Assembly: GCA_051294905.1 (NCBI GenBank)
Contig: CM119372.1
Span: forward strand, 30,754,001 to 30,818,000
Source of the DNA: Botryllus schlosseri
Taxonomy: Eukaryota
DNA: 64,000 bases
Direction: 5' to 3'
Every line of letters starts with the position of its first letter. Within the stretch, counting starts at the first letter, position 1. Of this stretch, positions 50,880 through 63,525 are shown one piece after another. The translations under genes were made by a program, and so were the position numbers. A model generated the notes under the pieces. That model had not been told where the DNA came from. It saw only the letters and a list, made by a program, of their open reading frames with translations, and did no database searches.

Positions 50880-51421
50880 CAGGATTGTAACCAAGTCGAC
50901 AGGCTCCGATTATCAAGTCAATCTCACTTTCATAGTTTTGACTCGAGTCAAGTCGAGTCATTTGCAATTGACCACCGAGTCAAGTCCGAGTCCAAGTCAT
51001 GGTATTATGACTCGAGTCCGAGTCCAAGTCATTGTGTTGACTGCTCAGTTTCCAGTCAAAGTTAAACCTATTTTTTATAACTTTGTTTGTTGATATCGAA
51101 TGGTTCGCATTTATAATATACTAATTTCCCTCACTTTTAGCAGTTTCTGGTCGCATTCTCAAGTACCAGTACCAATATACGAAATCCCAATAGTAGGGTT
51201 ACTTTACTAGGCTATTCTTCGAAATGACAATGAAATGTCGGTCTTGGCCGTCTGAGTCTAGAGTCATATGACTCAGCTCGAGTCATGCACAATGACTCGA
51301 GTCCAAGTCGAGTCAATACACAGATTGACTCGAGTCGAGTCATTTCCGTATTTTGAGAAAATGACTCGAGTCAAGTCGAGTCATCAGAAAATCGTGTCCG
51401 ACTCGAGTCATTACAACCCTG
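50880..51421. mobile_element. hAT-like MITE with GACTCGAGTC arrays, 542 bp
   Basis: caggattgtaa / ttacaaccctg termini; exact TSD CAACAGAC. Confidence 0.92.
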
Positions 51422-52142
51422 CAACAGACTTGTACTAACTATTGGATTTTCAAAAACTAGCAACTAGTACTAAAACTAGAACTATTGACTTTCAAATTCC
51501 GCAAATAGACCTGGAACTAAAACTACGCACTTTTTAAAACTCGCAACTAGAACTATCGACATTTAAAAAGTAATACGCCGGAGAATATAGTGCAAACTTT
51601 TGACTTGGCCCGCCAACGTGTTTCCTGCTTCTCATTCTCAGAAAAATAATTGCTCATAGCTCTGAAAATACACGTGAAGCCTATTCCGAATATACAAGTA
51701 CTTGAGTACTTGTTAACTATTCACTGTTAACTTTTTACTTCTACTTGAAGTAGGTTTTTCATGTCTGGTAAATTGCTGCTTCAACTTGTAGTCGAGTAGA
51801 AATCAACTTCTCCTTCGTCTTGAGTTCCAACTCTGACTACTGCGTCTATCTCTGGGAACATGTAATGTTAGACACATCATTCGAGCCTGAATATAGCGTG
51901 TTAATGAAGCAATTCTATAGTCAAACGATGACGGCCGAATTATTTCCAAGAGTCAAAATAAAACTGTTGCGACTATGAGCGACTTTATCGGTCAGGTGTT
52001 AAATGGCGAGCGATAAGCGGCATTTGTCCCAGGGCCCTAAATAGCTGTCAAAATTCCCAACAATTCCTTTAGTATAGCATCAGCAATAAAATGACCACTT
52101 TGCCCGCGTTTCGCATAGGTTATACTGAAGTATGTCTTGCAG

Positions 52143-52322
52143 CAAGCCGGAGATCGTAATCGACAACACCAAATGCGCTTTACCATGCGGCTACGAAAAC
52201 GGGATGTTCACAGCGCAAGAGAAAAGGTTCGCTGATACGTGGATGCTGGTGTGGGCAGGGCTTTGTTTCTTCAGCTCCGTATTCACAGTGTTTACGTTTG
52301 CCATCGACTCTAGGAGGTTCAG
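52143..52322 (+). CDS. FZD4: Frizzled-4-like, coding exon 3 (linker and TM1)
   Basis: Acceptor tcttgcag|, SKPEIVIDNTKCALPCGYENGMFTAQEKRFADTWMLVWAGLCFFSSVFTVFTFAIDSRRFR, donor ag|gtgagc. The acceptor at 52142 is preferred; an in-frame aag at 52130 is an alternative. Confidence 0.88.
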
Positions 52323-52881
52323 GTGAGCATATCTTCTTTTCCCGTTATCAGGGGCGGTCGGTAACAAACACTAGACTGTATACTTGCTCTTCTCGAGTAC
52401 CTTAGTTGGCCGTCTCTACGTGAACTACATACGAAAGTGCTTTTGCACTACCATTTTGAAATTATTGAAATATAAATTCAGTTGTTGTTTGACGTGTGTC
52501 ACTGCATGAGCGAACTTATCACTGTCATACCCCAACCACCAGTCAACTGACAACTATCTAGATAAAATTCCTTCTCTGCGTTACTGCTTAATCGCGTCAA
52601 GAACGGGCAACGGTGAATTACAGTAACGAGTGTCAGAAGTTTCTCAAAGGATAAGAAGCAATGACGCTTCACCTCGATACCACGGAGATAGAGACAGCGC
52701 AATGATACAGTTCGTGTAAATCATTTAGAATCGGTTCGAAAACGGCGGCATTCTGAGTTGAAGCGGTGGTGCCAAAATGTTTCCCACCTTGTCAAATTAC
52801 ATTCGCAGAAATTGGCCAATAAAATTTAGCGACATTCGCAAGTATTATCTAGCATACGGCGACGTCACACGTCTTTCGAAG

Positions 52882-54167
52882 CAGGGCTTCGGAGCAGCCG
52901 TAAATTTAAACTGCTCCAGCTCCGGCTCCGGAGCTTTCTTCTATCATACATTGGCTCCGGCTCCAGCTCCGGAGCCGCATTATTGCCACTGCTTCGGCTC
53001 CAGCTCCGGCTCCGGTTCTGAAATTATCGAATGGGTCTGTCTATATCAGGGGTAGCCAACCCGCGGGGCAAATGTGGCCCACGAGAGGGTTTTGCGTGGC
53101 CCGCGAGGTAATTTCCTATTATATTATCGAAAATGAATTGCTCAGATTGTGAACTTGCAATGCCAACCAAAAATTACAATTCTGGCTGCGACACTTTGGA
53201 TGTTGATGACTAAAATATCAGTTCCAACGCATTGGCAGATCCAGGGTTCAGTCACATTTTCAGTAAATCGTCGTACATTACAATAAACTAAAATAGTAGC
53301 GAAATTTTTCTTCACGCTTCGCGTGTTTAATTGTCACACGATTTCTTGCTTGGTAGCCTACCCCCTACTGAAATTGAAAAAAAAAAGCCTAATTTACCCG
53401 ATTGAGTCTAACTGTATTCGCTATTACGGGAGAAAGTCTTTTCGCGTTTGCGCTCACGTAAAGATCGTCGACGGTGAAATGTAGGCACAAAATGATTGTC
53501 GCATATTATCGGAGACCTTCGATATCGATGTGGCCAGACGCCGAATAGTCGTGACCTTGCAAACTGAGCCTAGCCGGTGGCATACAATAGACCCGCAATA
53601 TACTCAAGTAATAATATTATTGACCTAGTTTATTTATAAACTTTGAAAATTTTACCCGCTTGGCGCGGCTACTGGACAGCGCACTCGTTCGTCAATTGCA
53701 TTGTGCCCCTTTAGCTGAAAGGGTTGGCCATTCCTGGTCTATATAAATTACTAATCTACCCATAGGTTAGTTATCTATAGTAATATAGAGTCTGTCAGCC
53801 GTCAGTAACATCCGATGTAGCAACGAAGACATATAGGTGCCGCCCTGCCGGCTTGTGACGTCATAATGAATACTTGTCAATTGTATATCAATATCAATAT
53901 CATAGTTGCATTAGAACGCACTTTACTCTATGCCATTGTTGTGCACAGCATTGAAATTCAGGCCTGCTGTTCAATTATGATGGACCAGCAGATGTGGCTG
54001 TTGCATATATAATAGCATCTTATGAAATAGGTCGGAGCCGGAGCTACTCCTCAAATAACGGACTCCAGCTCCGGCTCCGGCTGAATTTTATGTAGAGCTC
54101 CGGCTCCGGCTCCAGCTCCGGTGAAAATGCACGGCTCCGGGGCTCCGGCTCCGGCTCCAATGCCCTG
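52882..54167. mobile_element. hAT-like MITE with GGCTCC arrays, hosting a nested Charlie-type MITE
   Basis: cagggcttcggagc / gctccaatgccctg termini; (ggctcc)n at both ends; exact TSD TTTCGAAG. Confidence 0.92.
53047..53736. mobile_element. Nested Charlie-type MITE, 690 bp
   Basis: caggggtagccaaccc / gggttggccattcctg termini; exact TSD GTCTATAT. Confidence 0.92.
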
Positions 54168-54497
54168 TTTCGAAGGAAACCCAATGCAGTTAAAGTTTGT
54201 TGGCTGTTGGTTTTATATATTTGCCTTGTAGAGACTTCAATGGAACTACCCGAAACATATGTTATAACAAAAACAACAACAGCAAATTCCTCATCACATA
54301 TAAGTTCAAATTCATTGTTTTGAGTAGCAGACATTTCTCATAATTGCATCCTGGATTCCTTTGGACTTTTGAAAGTTTACCGGATTTCCCCAAATTTGTT
54401 TCATAAATTTCACCGGTCCTTAAGACGAAAAGGTTGAGAACCGCTGGTGTAGTGGTAGGTAGCTATCTATTTACGGCGGAACGTGTCTGTTTTGTAG

Positions 54498-54633
54498 GTA
54501 TCCGGAGCGGCCAATTATCTACCTCAGTATATGCTACAGCTTGTACAGCGCTGCCTACATTATTCGACTGCTGGCGGGAAGAGAAATGATATCGTGCGCC
54601 ACGAGCGATGGCGGGCAGAAATATCTCATTCAG
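54498..54633 (+). CDS. FZD4: Frizzled-4-like, coding exon 4 (TM2, ECL1)
   Basis: Acceptor ttttgtag|, (R)[45 protein letters not shown] containing the invariant Frizzled RYPERP motif, donor cag|gtaaat. Confidence 0.93.
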
Positions 54634-55090
54634 GTAAATCGGGGATTCTTGAACTTTTTTGATCCCGAGCCCCTTCAAGTTGTGTGGATCGATGCGCGTG
54701 CCCCAAAAATTTCAAAAGCCTGTGACTAAAATAGAAGAAAACCTGGTTATCACATCAAGCTCAACTCTATTTAAGGTATTTACACTAATTAATAACTAGA
54801 CAAGGTAATCACAGTAGGCTATCGAATAATAATAATAATATAGTTTTGTAGTTCCCCGATGATGTTGTCGCGGACCCCTATGCTATGAACGCTTTTGAAT
54901 CAAAACCTTTTTCCCATTTCCGTGGCGTTTTTGGTCGCATTGAGTGATCGGAAACTGTATTACGATTACCGATATTAATCGTGTAAAATCGCGAGAAAGT
55001 TGTAGTTACGTAATGCGAAACTAATGATGGATTCATATTTGGAGTTGGAGTCTCTCTCTCCCACAGTCCAGTCCTTCTGACTTCTGTAGG

Positions 55091-55380
55091 GTTGGTTTGT
55101 TAGTTCGTTTGTTTGATATTCATGATGTTTCGACTACATTGGTCAATTTACACCGCGCCGATACTCTTTATTTTTGATTCCATATTTACCGACTTTTAGC
55201 GGGGTCCGCTTCTAGACTCTTCATAAGACACCGCTTGTACGGATCACGTGGCGAGGAGGAGCCTAGATAAACCTCCAACACTTAGGTAGGAATTCTGTAG
55301 TCGACCTCGGTCGGACTCGAACCCGCAACCCATTGGTGTTGCAGCTGTGGATCATGCCATTAATACCCTATCTCGCCACG
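55091..55380 (-). mobile_element. tRNA-derived SINE, best-preserved copy
   Basis: Minus strand: A-box-like TGGCGAGATAGG, B-box GGTTCGAGTCC, shared body (tttatctaggctcctcctcgccac...gcggtgtctta), AAAC-like tail. Confidence 0.78.
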
Positions 55381-55778
55381 GTCCGCAGAGGCGGTCATAG
55401 TAGACAAAGTGATGCAGACTTATCTTAAAAATTCTTTCTACTTTAAGAAATGTAAATTGTAAAAAATAAGTAGTTTTGCCTCAAAACTGTTCAAGTTACA
55501 GTGGAACTATAGTCCACAACATAGCCACTCGAGTAAGTAGTGTATGTAAAGCAAACGATTCGATTACGCAAAACGCACAAGCCAAAACCTTATCATCGCG
55601 GGTATTTTTACTCTGGGAAAACAGCGCTATAAATACCAAGTCGCGTATACCTTTGACATTCCCAGTCACGCCGACTGCTCACGGATCAAATCCACGAACT
55701 TGACACGCCGGCCACCCACGCCGGCGTATCGCTGCTATACGTTTCTGGAATGATCGCCGTTATGTTATTTCGTAACAG

Positions 55779-55890
55779 CAAGGACTATCCAATACGGGCT
55801 GCGTGATCGTGTTCTTGTTCCTCTACTTCTTCGGGATGGCGAGCAGCTTGTGGTGGGTGATCCTGACCTTCACGTGGTTTATGGCGGCGG
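55779..55890 (+). CDS. FZD4: Frizzled-4-like, coding exon 5 (TM3)
   Basis: Acceptor taacag|, [38 protein letters not shown], donor g|gtgaga. Confidence 0.93.
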
Positions 55891-57595
55891 GTGAGATTGG
55901 TTTATGTTACTTTGACGCAATGCGGGCGGCCGTTGTTGAGTTTGATATTGAGGTACCGAGAAAATCGTGTGGGGTTAAGTGCTTTACTTCCGTCGGGTTA
56001 ACACGCCGTTGATGTAAATCATTGGTTCTCAATCACCGGCCCGTCGAATCTATTGCAAATATTTATATATGAATTGCGAAAGGCAAGAAGTTGTACTCTT
56101 TTCCGTTGGTTGTAGACAAGTAAGGTCCAGTTTTAAATTGGTTTAGAAATTTAGAACTCATTTTCGACATCGTCAAGGAAATATAAAGCTCACTGTGTAC
56201 TTTGGACTAAGCTTACGCCACTGTGCTACAAGTGTTGTAAAAAACGTTTAAAGGTAGCCTAGGACCCGTTATATGTGAATGCTAGGAAGACCTTTATGTT
56301 AAATGCAGACCTTAGACTTGGCTAGGACCCAGTGAAGTAGCATTCATGTCAAATTAAACCGAAAATTCAAAATCAAGATTGTAGTGTTTAGCAGGACTTC
56401 GCCCTGCAGAAATTTCGATAGAACCGCGCATAGCATTTGTAATATCAAAAAGACTGGGTTTTGATTCTAGACAAATATATTTTAACCGTACTTCGAAAGG
56501 ATACGGTATTGTGGTTGGATTTTGACTGGCCCATGGAATTTTGATATTTTCCAATTAGCATTCGAACTCTGAGTAATGCCAAATATTTTCTTTTTTGTGC
56601 CAGGCGGGCCCGATCTCGAAAAGATGCCTCCTTGAATCCCCCGATACGATGCGATGACTTTTATGTCATAAGTCCTCCTCGATAGAAGCGAGACTGACGC
56701 GATTTAATAGGGCTTGGAAAATTCCATAGGGTCACAGAAGAATGCAACGCGATGACAATAAAACCAGTAATTCTCAAACTAGTAATGCCGATAAGGCGAT
56801 AACGGCCTGTATTACGGATACGAGATAACGTTTGGATGTTTTTATAAACAGGCAACTGTCGGACATTCGCAGCATTGCAGACAGCTGACGTATGCCAAGG
56901 TTCACGCCAATGCACAATATTTAATTATGACTTATCTTAGTTTGTTGTCGATGTTTTGACTTACGGTGCATATGTTATGGCAGTAAGCTGTAAACTGCAA
57001 ATGTATTTTGTCTCAGCAAGCGTATGCCGCATGTGAAAACAGTCCGTTGTGTGGTGAGAAGGATGGTTTTAGGCCAAATATTGTGGACAACGTTCTTAGA
57101 TTTTGTATTTATATATATATTGAACCGATTCTGCTGCGCATCATTTAGGATTAAAAAAGGTAATTGCATATTTCGTATTTTTAAATTCGATTCTGTCGTA
57201 TTTCGACTTTAATCCGAACAAATCCTGGATTTATTACCTTACGTGTCGGGCTGAGCATATGACGTCATCATGACAGTGGTAATTTTGTATTTCTGGACCA
57301 CTACTTTATTGAGTAGCGCTTTGTGACCAATTGACCATTGTGACGGTCGATCACGAATTGGAGAAATTGTTCTTCCATGAATATTAGTAACCTTGTGCCG
57401 CATGTGTCTGATTCCAGATTCATTTTCGCGAGATATTAGATCCAGTTCCTGTAAGATTCTTCAAATCTGATACTTCCAAGTTCTCCGTCGGTAGGCATAG
57501 TACGATTCCAGAATATGCGCCAACGCATTGGATCCATTGTCAGCGCGGTATTCGTATTTTGTATTTTGAATATCAGCATGTATTTTGTCTTCCAG

Positions 57596-57702
57596 GTAAA
57601 AAGTGGTCGCACGAAGCCATCGGGATATACAGTTCCTATTACCATCTGTTCGCGTGGGCTCTCCCGGCCGGTGCTACAATTGCCATTTTATTTCTTCGAC
57701 AG
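57596..57702 (+). CDS. FZD4: Frizzled-4-like, coding exon 6 (ICL2, TM4)
   Basis: Acceptor cttccag|, GKKWSHEAIGIYSSYYHLFAWALPAGATIAILFLRQ, donor cag|gtacgg. Confidence 0.93.
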
Positions 57703-58503
57703 GTACGGTTTGCGTCTCGCTCATTAACCAGTGTAAATCAATTAGTTTCAATTCGAAGTTGGGTTTTCATGTAAACTTGAGCCCTAAGTCAGCAAGCACA
57801 AGACCATGGTGCTTTACAATGTCTCTTGGCGCGAACATATGGTGGAAACTGGAAGTATTGTGATATTTTCCGATTGGTAGCAAATATAGCCACTAATGAG
57901 CCAAATGGTGAATATTAATGTCGAATTAAAATTTGGGTATCCGCCAGGCTCTTATGACGATATGATACATGCCTAGAAAATTCCTGAAATTGGAAATGTC
58001 TCTTGAACGTTGAAAATTGGATTTAGCACACCTAGGGGTCAAAAGTACTTGGATTAGATGTAGAAATGATGACGTGAAAATACTTCAGCAGCTTTATAAA
58101 GTAAACTCTACCGAGGAGTCGCACAGTTTTGGCAGTGATGTATCTTCGCGACTAATACAAATCGGTAATATCGGGGCGTGCGGTTAGATTTTCGAAAATA
58201 TACTCAATTAACGGCTTGGCGAGATACTGTGGTTTCACTCATAAAGATGGAGCTAGCTCGACCCAAAATTACTTTCTATTTTTTTGCAATCCAAACTGTA
58301 TAATTGTTAGTAGTTTTGCCTAAAATGCTTTTCGGTAGAAGTAGAAGTAGTCTAGAGACTTACCTACTCCAGGAAAAGTAAAAGTACTTCACGTCGTTAA
58401 CGACCGCCTCCGGTTAAATGTCGTCTTGCCGATACAGGATTTTCAAGTGCTTGCTTTGCGGAAATTCCACTATTCCTAGTCACGTGACTTATATTTGACG
58501 TAG

Positions 58504-58652
58504 GTCGACGGCGACGAGCTGACTGGACTTTGCTACGTTGGAAGCCAGAACACTCTGGCGTTATCTGGATTCGTTCTGGCGCCTTTGTTTACCTGCCTCG
58601 TTATCGGGACATCGTTTTTGCTGGCAGGATTCGTCAGCCTGTTTCGAATCAA
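58504..58652 (+). CDS. FZD4: Frizzled-4-like, coding exon 7 (ECL2, TM5)
   Basis: Acceptor gacgtag|, [50 protein letters not shown] (my translation; this frame is absent from the ORF track), donor aa|gtaagg. [10 protein letters not shown] is FZD4/9/10-type. Confidence 0.93.
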
Positions 58653-59695
58653 GTAAGGCGCCATTTTCTCTTCTTGCGCAACCCGTTGGAATGTATTGGT
58701 CAGGGTCTTCTCGGATTCGAACCCAATTGAATTAAAATTAAGGCTGAAAAATAAATCGAATACTGAGTGATTCGATTCTGATTCGAGTGTTTGGCGTCGA
58801 TACGAGTATTGCGTCAAATCAATACGTATGATTTGGAAAGTTGAAATAAGTACATTTTATGGAACCACAAATAAATCAATGTTATTGATACGCAGTACTT
58901 ATATAATTTTCTATGTTTTCGGCCATGCCAATTTCACTTGACTTCGTGACAATGCGTGTTGATCACCACTTCATAGAAATGTCGTTTCCTCTAACGTGTG
59001 TACTGTGTACCATCCTATACTTACTACCTATACTATACCTCATATAACCTTCTCATACGGCCAGAACTTCTCCCACCTCTCGTTGAGTTCGTCCTGACCA
59101 TCAACGCGATGATTTAGGACATTCATGGGTAAATGACGTTTGACTTGTGATACGAAATTTTTGCCGTGGCGCACCAGACCGATGAGGTGATAAGCGCCAC
59201 ATTGTCTCTTTCTCACAATTAATAATAATAATAATTCTCGTTGCTAAAATTCTTTCTTAGTGGAAAGGGGCGTATGATTGCAGTGTTTAAAAATGGTTTT
59301 TAACTACAGGACTCAAAATCATAGCAAGTAATAACAATCGATTCGGATTCGAATGATTGTGGGCAGCCCTAATTGAAACCGAGATCATATCCTGATTTAA
59401 ATCTAAATTTTAAATTGAATGTCCTATTTTGGTAAATCCGACATACATTTAGGCACGTCTTGCCTATGTCTTCGATGCTATCTTCATTCAACAACCACAC
59501 TGACCAGTGACCACGAGTCCACGAGTATGAAATCATATCTCGTACAATTAACCCAATTAACCTCTGCATCCTCTTTAATAGCAAGATTGGCGAAGCGGCC
59601 TGATCATAATACGTCGCAGTACGTAGTTTATTCGTCTGTAAGATACACATATGGGTGACTATTGTTTACTCTTCATTGGTACTATCTACTCGCTT

Positions 59696-59905
59696 CGTGG
59701 CGAGATATCGTGGTGGCACGTTCCACAGCTGCAACACAGATTGGTTGTGAGTTTGCGTCCAGAATTCCTACCAAAGTGTTGTAAGTTTATCTAGGTTCCT
59801 ATCGCCATGTGATCCGCGTAAGGGGTGTCTCACAAAAACCTAAAACGAAAGTGGACCATGCTACAAGTTGTCAGATGAGAAAGCTTGATAAGAAATATCG
59901 GCCCG
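59696..59905 (+). mobile_element. tRNA-derived SINE, diverged copy
   Basis: cgtggcgagata...ccacagctgcaacac...agaattcctaccaaagtgttgtaagtttatctaggttcctatcgcca aligns to the 55091-55380 copy. Confidence 0.7.
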
Positions 59906-62033
59906 GACTTGCTTCTACTTCCACCTGACTGCCAGGGATTGCTGCATTTTTACCGCCTCTTGTTTTAGTTAATGTCCCGGTCCACTCTCATTTCATGAGA
60001 AGACCTTATTATCACATCTATTTCGCGAACAAGCATCATCCCAAGTATAGCGCTCGCATCCTGTTTTGAAAGGATAGATATTAGACCGGACCTTACCTAT
60101 CAGTTCCAGACAGTCCGACGGCGTCGCCACGCTTTGAAGAGTCATTATTACACTGATAAACACAGCATCGTGATCTTACCGCATACATACGCCTTTGTCT
60201 ACCGACATGCAGATTACCCGCGTCGTTATCAACAGCATATTTAGATAGCTGCATGCCTTGCATACATTCTCCGCTTTCATACCGTGCCTGTTAAACCAAT
60301 TACGCGTTAGCGGTGCGGCTTACTCGCGCGCCGTGTCGGATAAGCCAGTTTAAATTTCGCGTGTCGCGCAAGTCGACCGTGCCGGATATCAAGTTGAAAA
60401 GCGAAACCGTGACGCTTGCTTTGATTACGGCGATGTGTGTCAAGATGTTACGAGGTTGTTCAACTTCAAGTGTAAACACGATGTAGCGTATTTTACACTC
60501 AGGGGTGTAGCCATGGGGCGAAAGCGCATTTCCGTTAATTTTCGACTACTGTATAACATTGTAAAATTATCTGTTGTAACCAGAGCTGATCAAAGTAGTC
60601 AGCGTTGATACCGAAGTAGAAGTAACGCCGTAAATTTATACTCCGTTATAAGTAGAAGTAGCTCGATCAGGCCTGGGGCATCTGGTGACGTTAGCAGTCA
60701 AGTACATACATCTATAAGTAGCTATTGGGAGTTTCAGGCAGATTATATTTTCTTCACGAAGATTGTCCCGTGTCAGTTCCTGACCTCACATCGAAACGAA
60801 AAACTGCATGTCACGTGACGTAGCTCCGGGCCTAGGGATGAGCATTGCGAATCACGGATTCAAATTATATATGAATGAGGTATCTTAATTGAATCGAGTC
60901 GCTTGAAAGAATTAAAAAATATAATAAAGCATTCTGTGTTCGGTGTGTAAAGATCGTAGCGGTTTAAGAATTGTCGCATCTCCAAATCGAGACGAAATTC
61001 ACATTCTGAGTTGCTTTTGTCCAGGTGGAATGCGATGTTATGCACGGACATCACGCTAACTCAATTACACAGTCGCATTTAGCAGTGTACAAATCCCATA
61101 ATACTGCCTAAAAATATATCAATCACGGTGTCTATTGTCGGCGGAAATAGCCTATCCCTATGTCATTGATCCACCGACTGAAATAATGGCTTCAAAACTG
61201 CGCCGAGAATACTTTGTCTATATTATAGTAAGTTACACGCGTTTTATATTTGTCGGAATGGGTGTTGAATGCAAGCTTATGCTTATTTGCGTGAAAGGAT
61301 AAGCTGCAAGAATTCTTACAGTTACTGGAACTGATCCTGTGTTGAATATACAAATTCGCGGAATTCAATTGTTGAATCTGTATGCGAAATGAGCAGCTTT
61401 GAATCCAATTCACATTCGATCGAGATGCCTTTCTGTTACGTTCAGTGCAGTTGAAATGTCCGACCATCGTAAGTCGTAGGCCCCGGCCCGACAAACATTT
61501 TTGTCTTAACTGGGATTCCCGTGTTTGTCGTTTGCGATAGATTGGACAGCAGATTAGGTTACTTCCTTCAATGGATAAACTTTCGTACCGTATTAGGGAA
61601 ATCTGAACTTCAAATTTTCTACGTAGCTTGTTTGCTAAAATTGCATGTCTCTTAAAATACAACGCTCTCCATAGAAAAACAAATATATATATATATAATT
61701 TCACACGATGTCATCCATGTTTTGTTTGTTTTGGGGTATTCATGGTGTTTTTCGACTACTATGGTCATTTACACCAGACCGATATTCTTCTTATTTTCCG
61801 TAACTGCCGACTTATAGCACGGCCCACCTCTAGGCTTTTGTACGACACCGCGGATGAGGTGGCGAGTAGGAATGTCATCCATGTACGTTACTCACTGATA
61901 TTCATTCAGTAGTATGACAATTCAAAATCATTACGAATTTCTAGCCCTGATTCCAATCCAGTTTCCCAAAAATTCGTAGATACAAATCAGTCCAAATTCA
62001 AAATATCTTTTGATAAATTGGAATAAAATGGCT

Positions 62034-62182
62034 ATTCCTAAGTGCTGGGGATTTATCTAGGCTCCACATCGCCATCGGGATCCGCATATGCGGTGACTCA
62101 CAAAAGCCTAAAATGAATGAAGGCCTTGCATGCCGGCAGCTCTGTATAACAATGAGGAATATGGGCCTGGTGTTAAACTGAC
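62034..62182 (+). mobile_element. SINE body fragment (5'-truncated)
   Basis: cctaagtgctggggatttatctaggctccacatcgcca...ggcctggtgttaaactgac aligns to the SINE body. Confidence 0.6.
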
Positions 62183-62702
62183 GATAGATGACACCATTCA
62201 TACTTAACAACAAGCTGAGCGCGTGTTGGGCCGATACAATTACGTGTTACCTGCGATACAATGCCAAGTTCGATCTATCGTGATGTAGTCGCAAATCTCA
62301 TATCACATCGCCATTGTGAGCAGTCAATCAAACCGTTTTGGCCAATGGGAAAATACAAACCGCCTTTAATATGTGTAATTGTGTATGACTACTAATTGAC
62401 GTGAATCACTTGATTCGATTCGAGCAAGATTTCGAGTCAGTGATTCGTATATCCCATCCCTTCCTTGGATCCATGATTGTAACGCCAAAATTTGAAACTA
62501 CAATTACACAAAGCGGGGCCTACGATATCTACACACAGAAGCCTTACCGTGATGATTCAATGGCAGGTGTTATGAAAGTAACTTGATGCCTCTGACGGCT
62601 AATATTAAGGACTACCGGATTTATATATTGTCAAACTAATATCTGATTCCGGCTTCAAATTCCAGCCTCAATCCGTACTCCCATGTCTCTTCGTATCATG
62701 TC

Positions 62703-62953
62703 CAAGTGTATCAAAATACGCCAACCTAGGTTGTGTCAACAGAAGGAGCTCAACTAAAAATAGTACGTTGAGCTTTAAGCGATCTCTTCGCCACGATTAT
62801 TCGATATTTCATGCTGTTGACGTCCTATTTGGTTATACGATTGTTGATGCACAATGTTCCTTCCAATTCTCTACTAGTTGCTGACGGCTTACCCCTGCCG
62901 ATTGTCAGCTGAAATTAGTTGGGTTTATTTCAATGTTTTACAATTCAATTGTA
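62703..62953 (+). mobile_element. Old Penelope-like 3' fragment with decayed hammerhead (62891-62924)
   Basis: KCIKIRQPRLCQQKE remnant, then ttccaattctctactagttgctgacg..acccctgccgattgtcagctgaaattagttgggt (core mutated). Confidence 0.7.
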
Positions 62954-63051
62954 ATAATAAATCCAAGTGTATAACCCTTGAGCGACTGCAATTCGTCCGA
63001 CGTCACGTGGAAATTGTCAAATATTTGAAATTCTCCTTCATCTCTCTTCAG

Positions 63052-63189
63052 GTCCTACATGAAAAAGGAAGGGAGTCAAACGGACAAATTGGAGCTGCTT
63101 ATGACGAAAATCGGTGTCTTCTCAGTGTTGTACACAGTGCCCGCGTCTGTGGTCATCGGCTGCTATTTTTACGATCTAGCGCAAAAGAG
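63052..63189 (+). CDS. FZD4: Frizzled-4-like, coding exon 8 (ICL3, TM6); gene continues beyond the window
   Basis: Acceptor ctcttcag|, [46 protein letters not shown], donor ag|gtgagt. TM7 and KTxxxW are not seen in the window. Confidence 0.92.
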
Positions 63190-63525
63190 GTGAGTCAACG
63201 GGTCGCATTTTTCTGCATGTGGCTACGTACGATATCTTTTCAAAATCTGTGGTTGAAAAGAAAGAGCTTGGGAAACGGAAATGTTCAGATATGAGCGGAT
63301 TTCATATTTTCCAATCAAAATCCTATTGCACATTTGAGATTCGAATCCAAGTCCATATCCAAATACGGAAACATCGAAAATTCTGGATTTCCAAATATCG
63401 ATAGGAGCCTGTTTCGATCTTAGATGTCATCGAAACTGGATGTACACTCGTAAGCATTATTTGAAGCAATTTTGTATTTACATTCTCCTTTTCTACGAAC
63501 TTGAGTCACTGGCAAATGTGAACAT

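Noticed and set aside
52777..54334. ORFs with SGSG/APAP/EPEPE repeats
   Set aside because: Translations of the GGCTCC arrays of an intronic MITE.
61192..61704. 170-aa minus-strand ORF in Frizzled intron 7
   Set aside because: No ATG start or recognisable homology; composition typical of a chance ORF.
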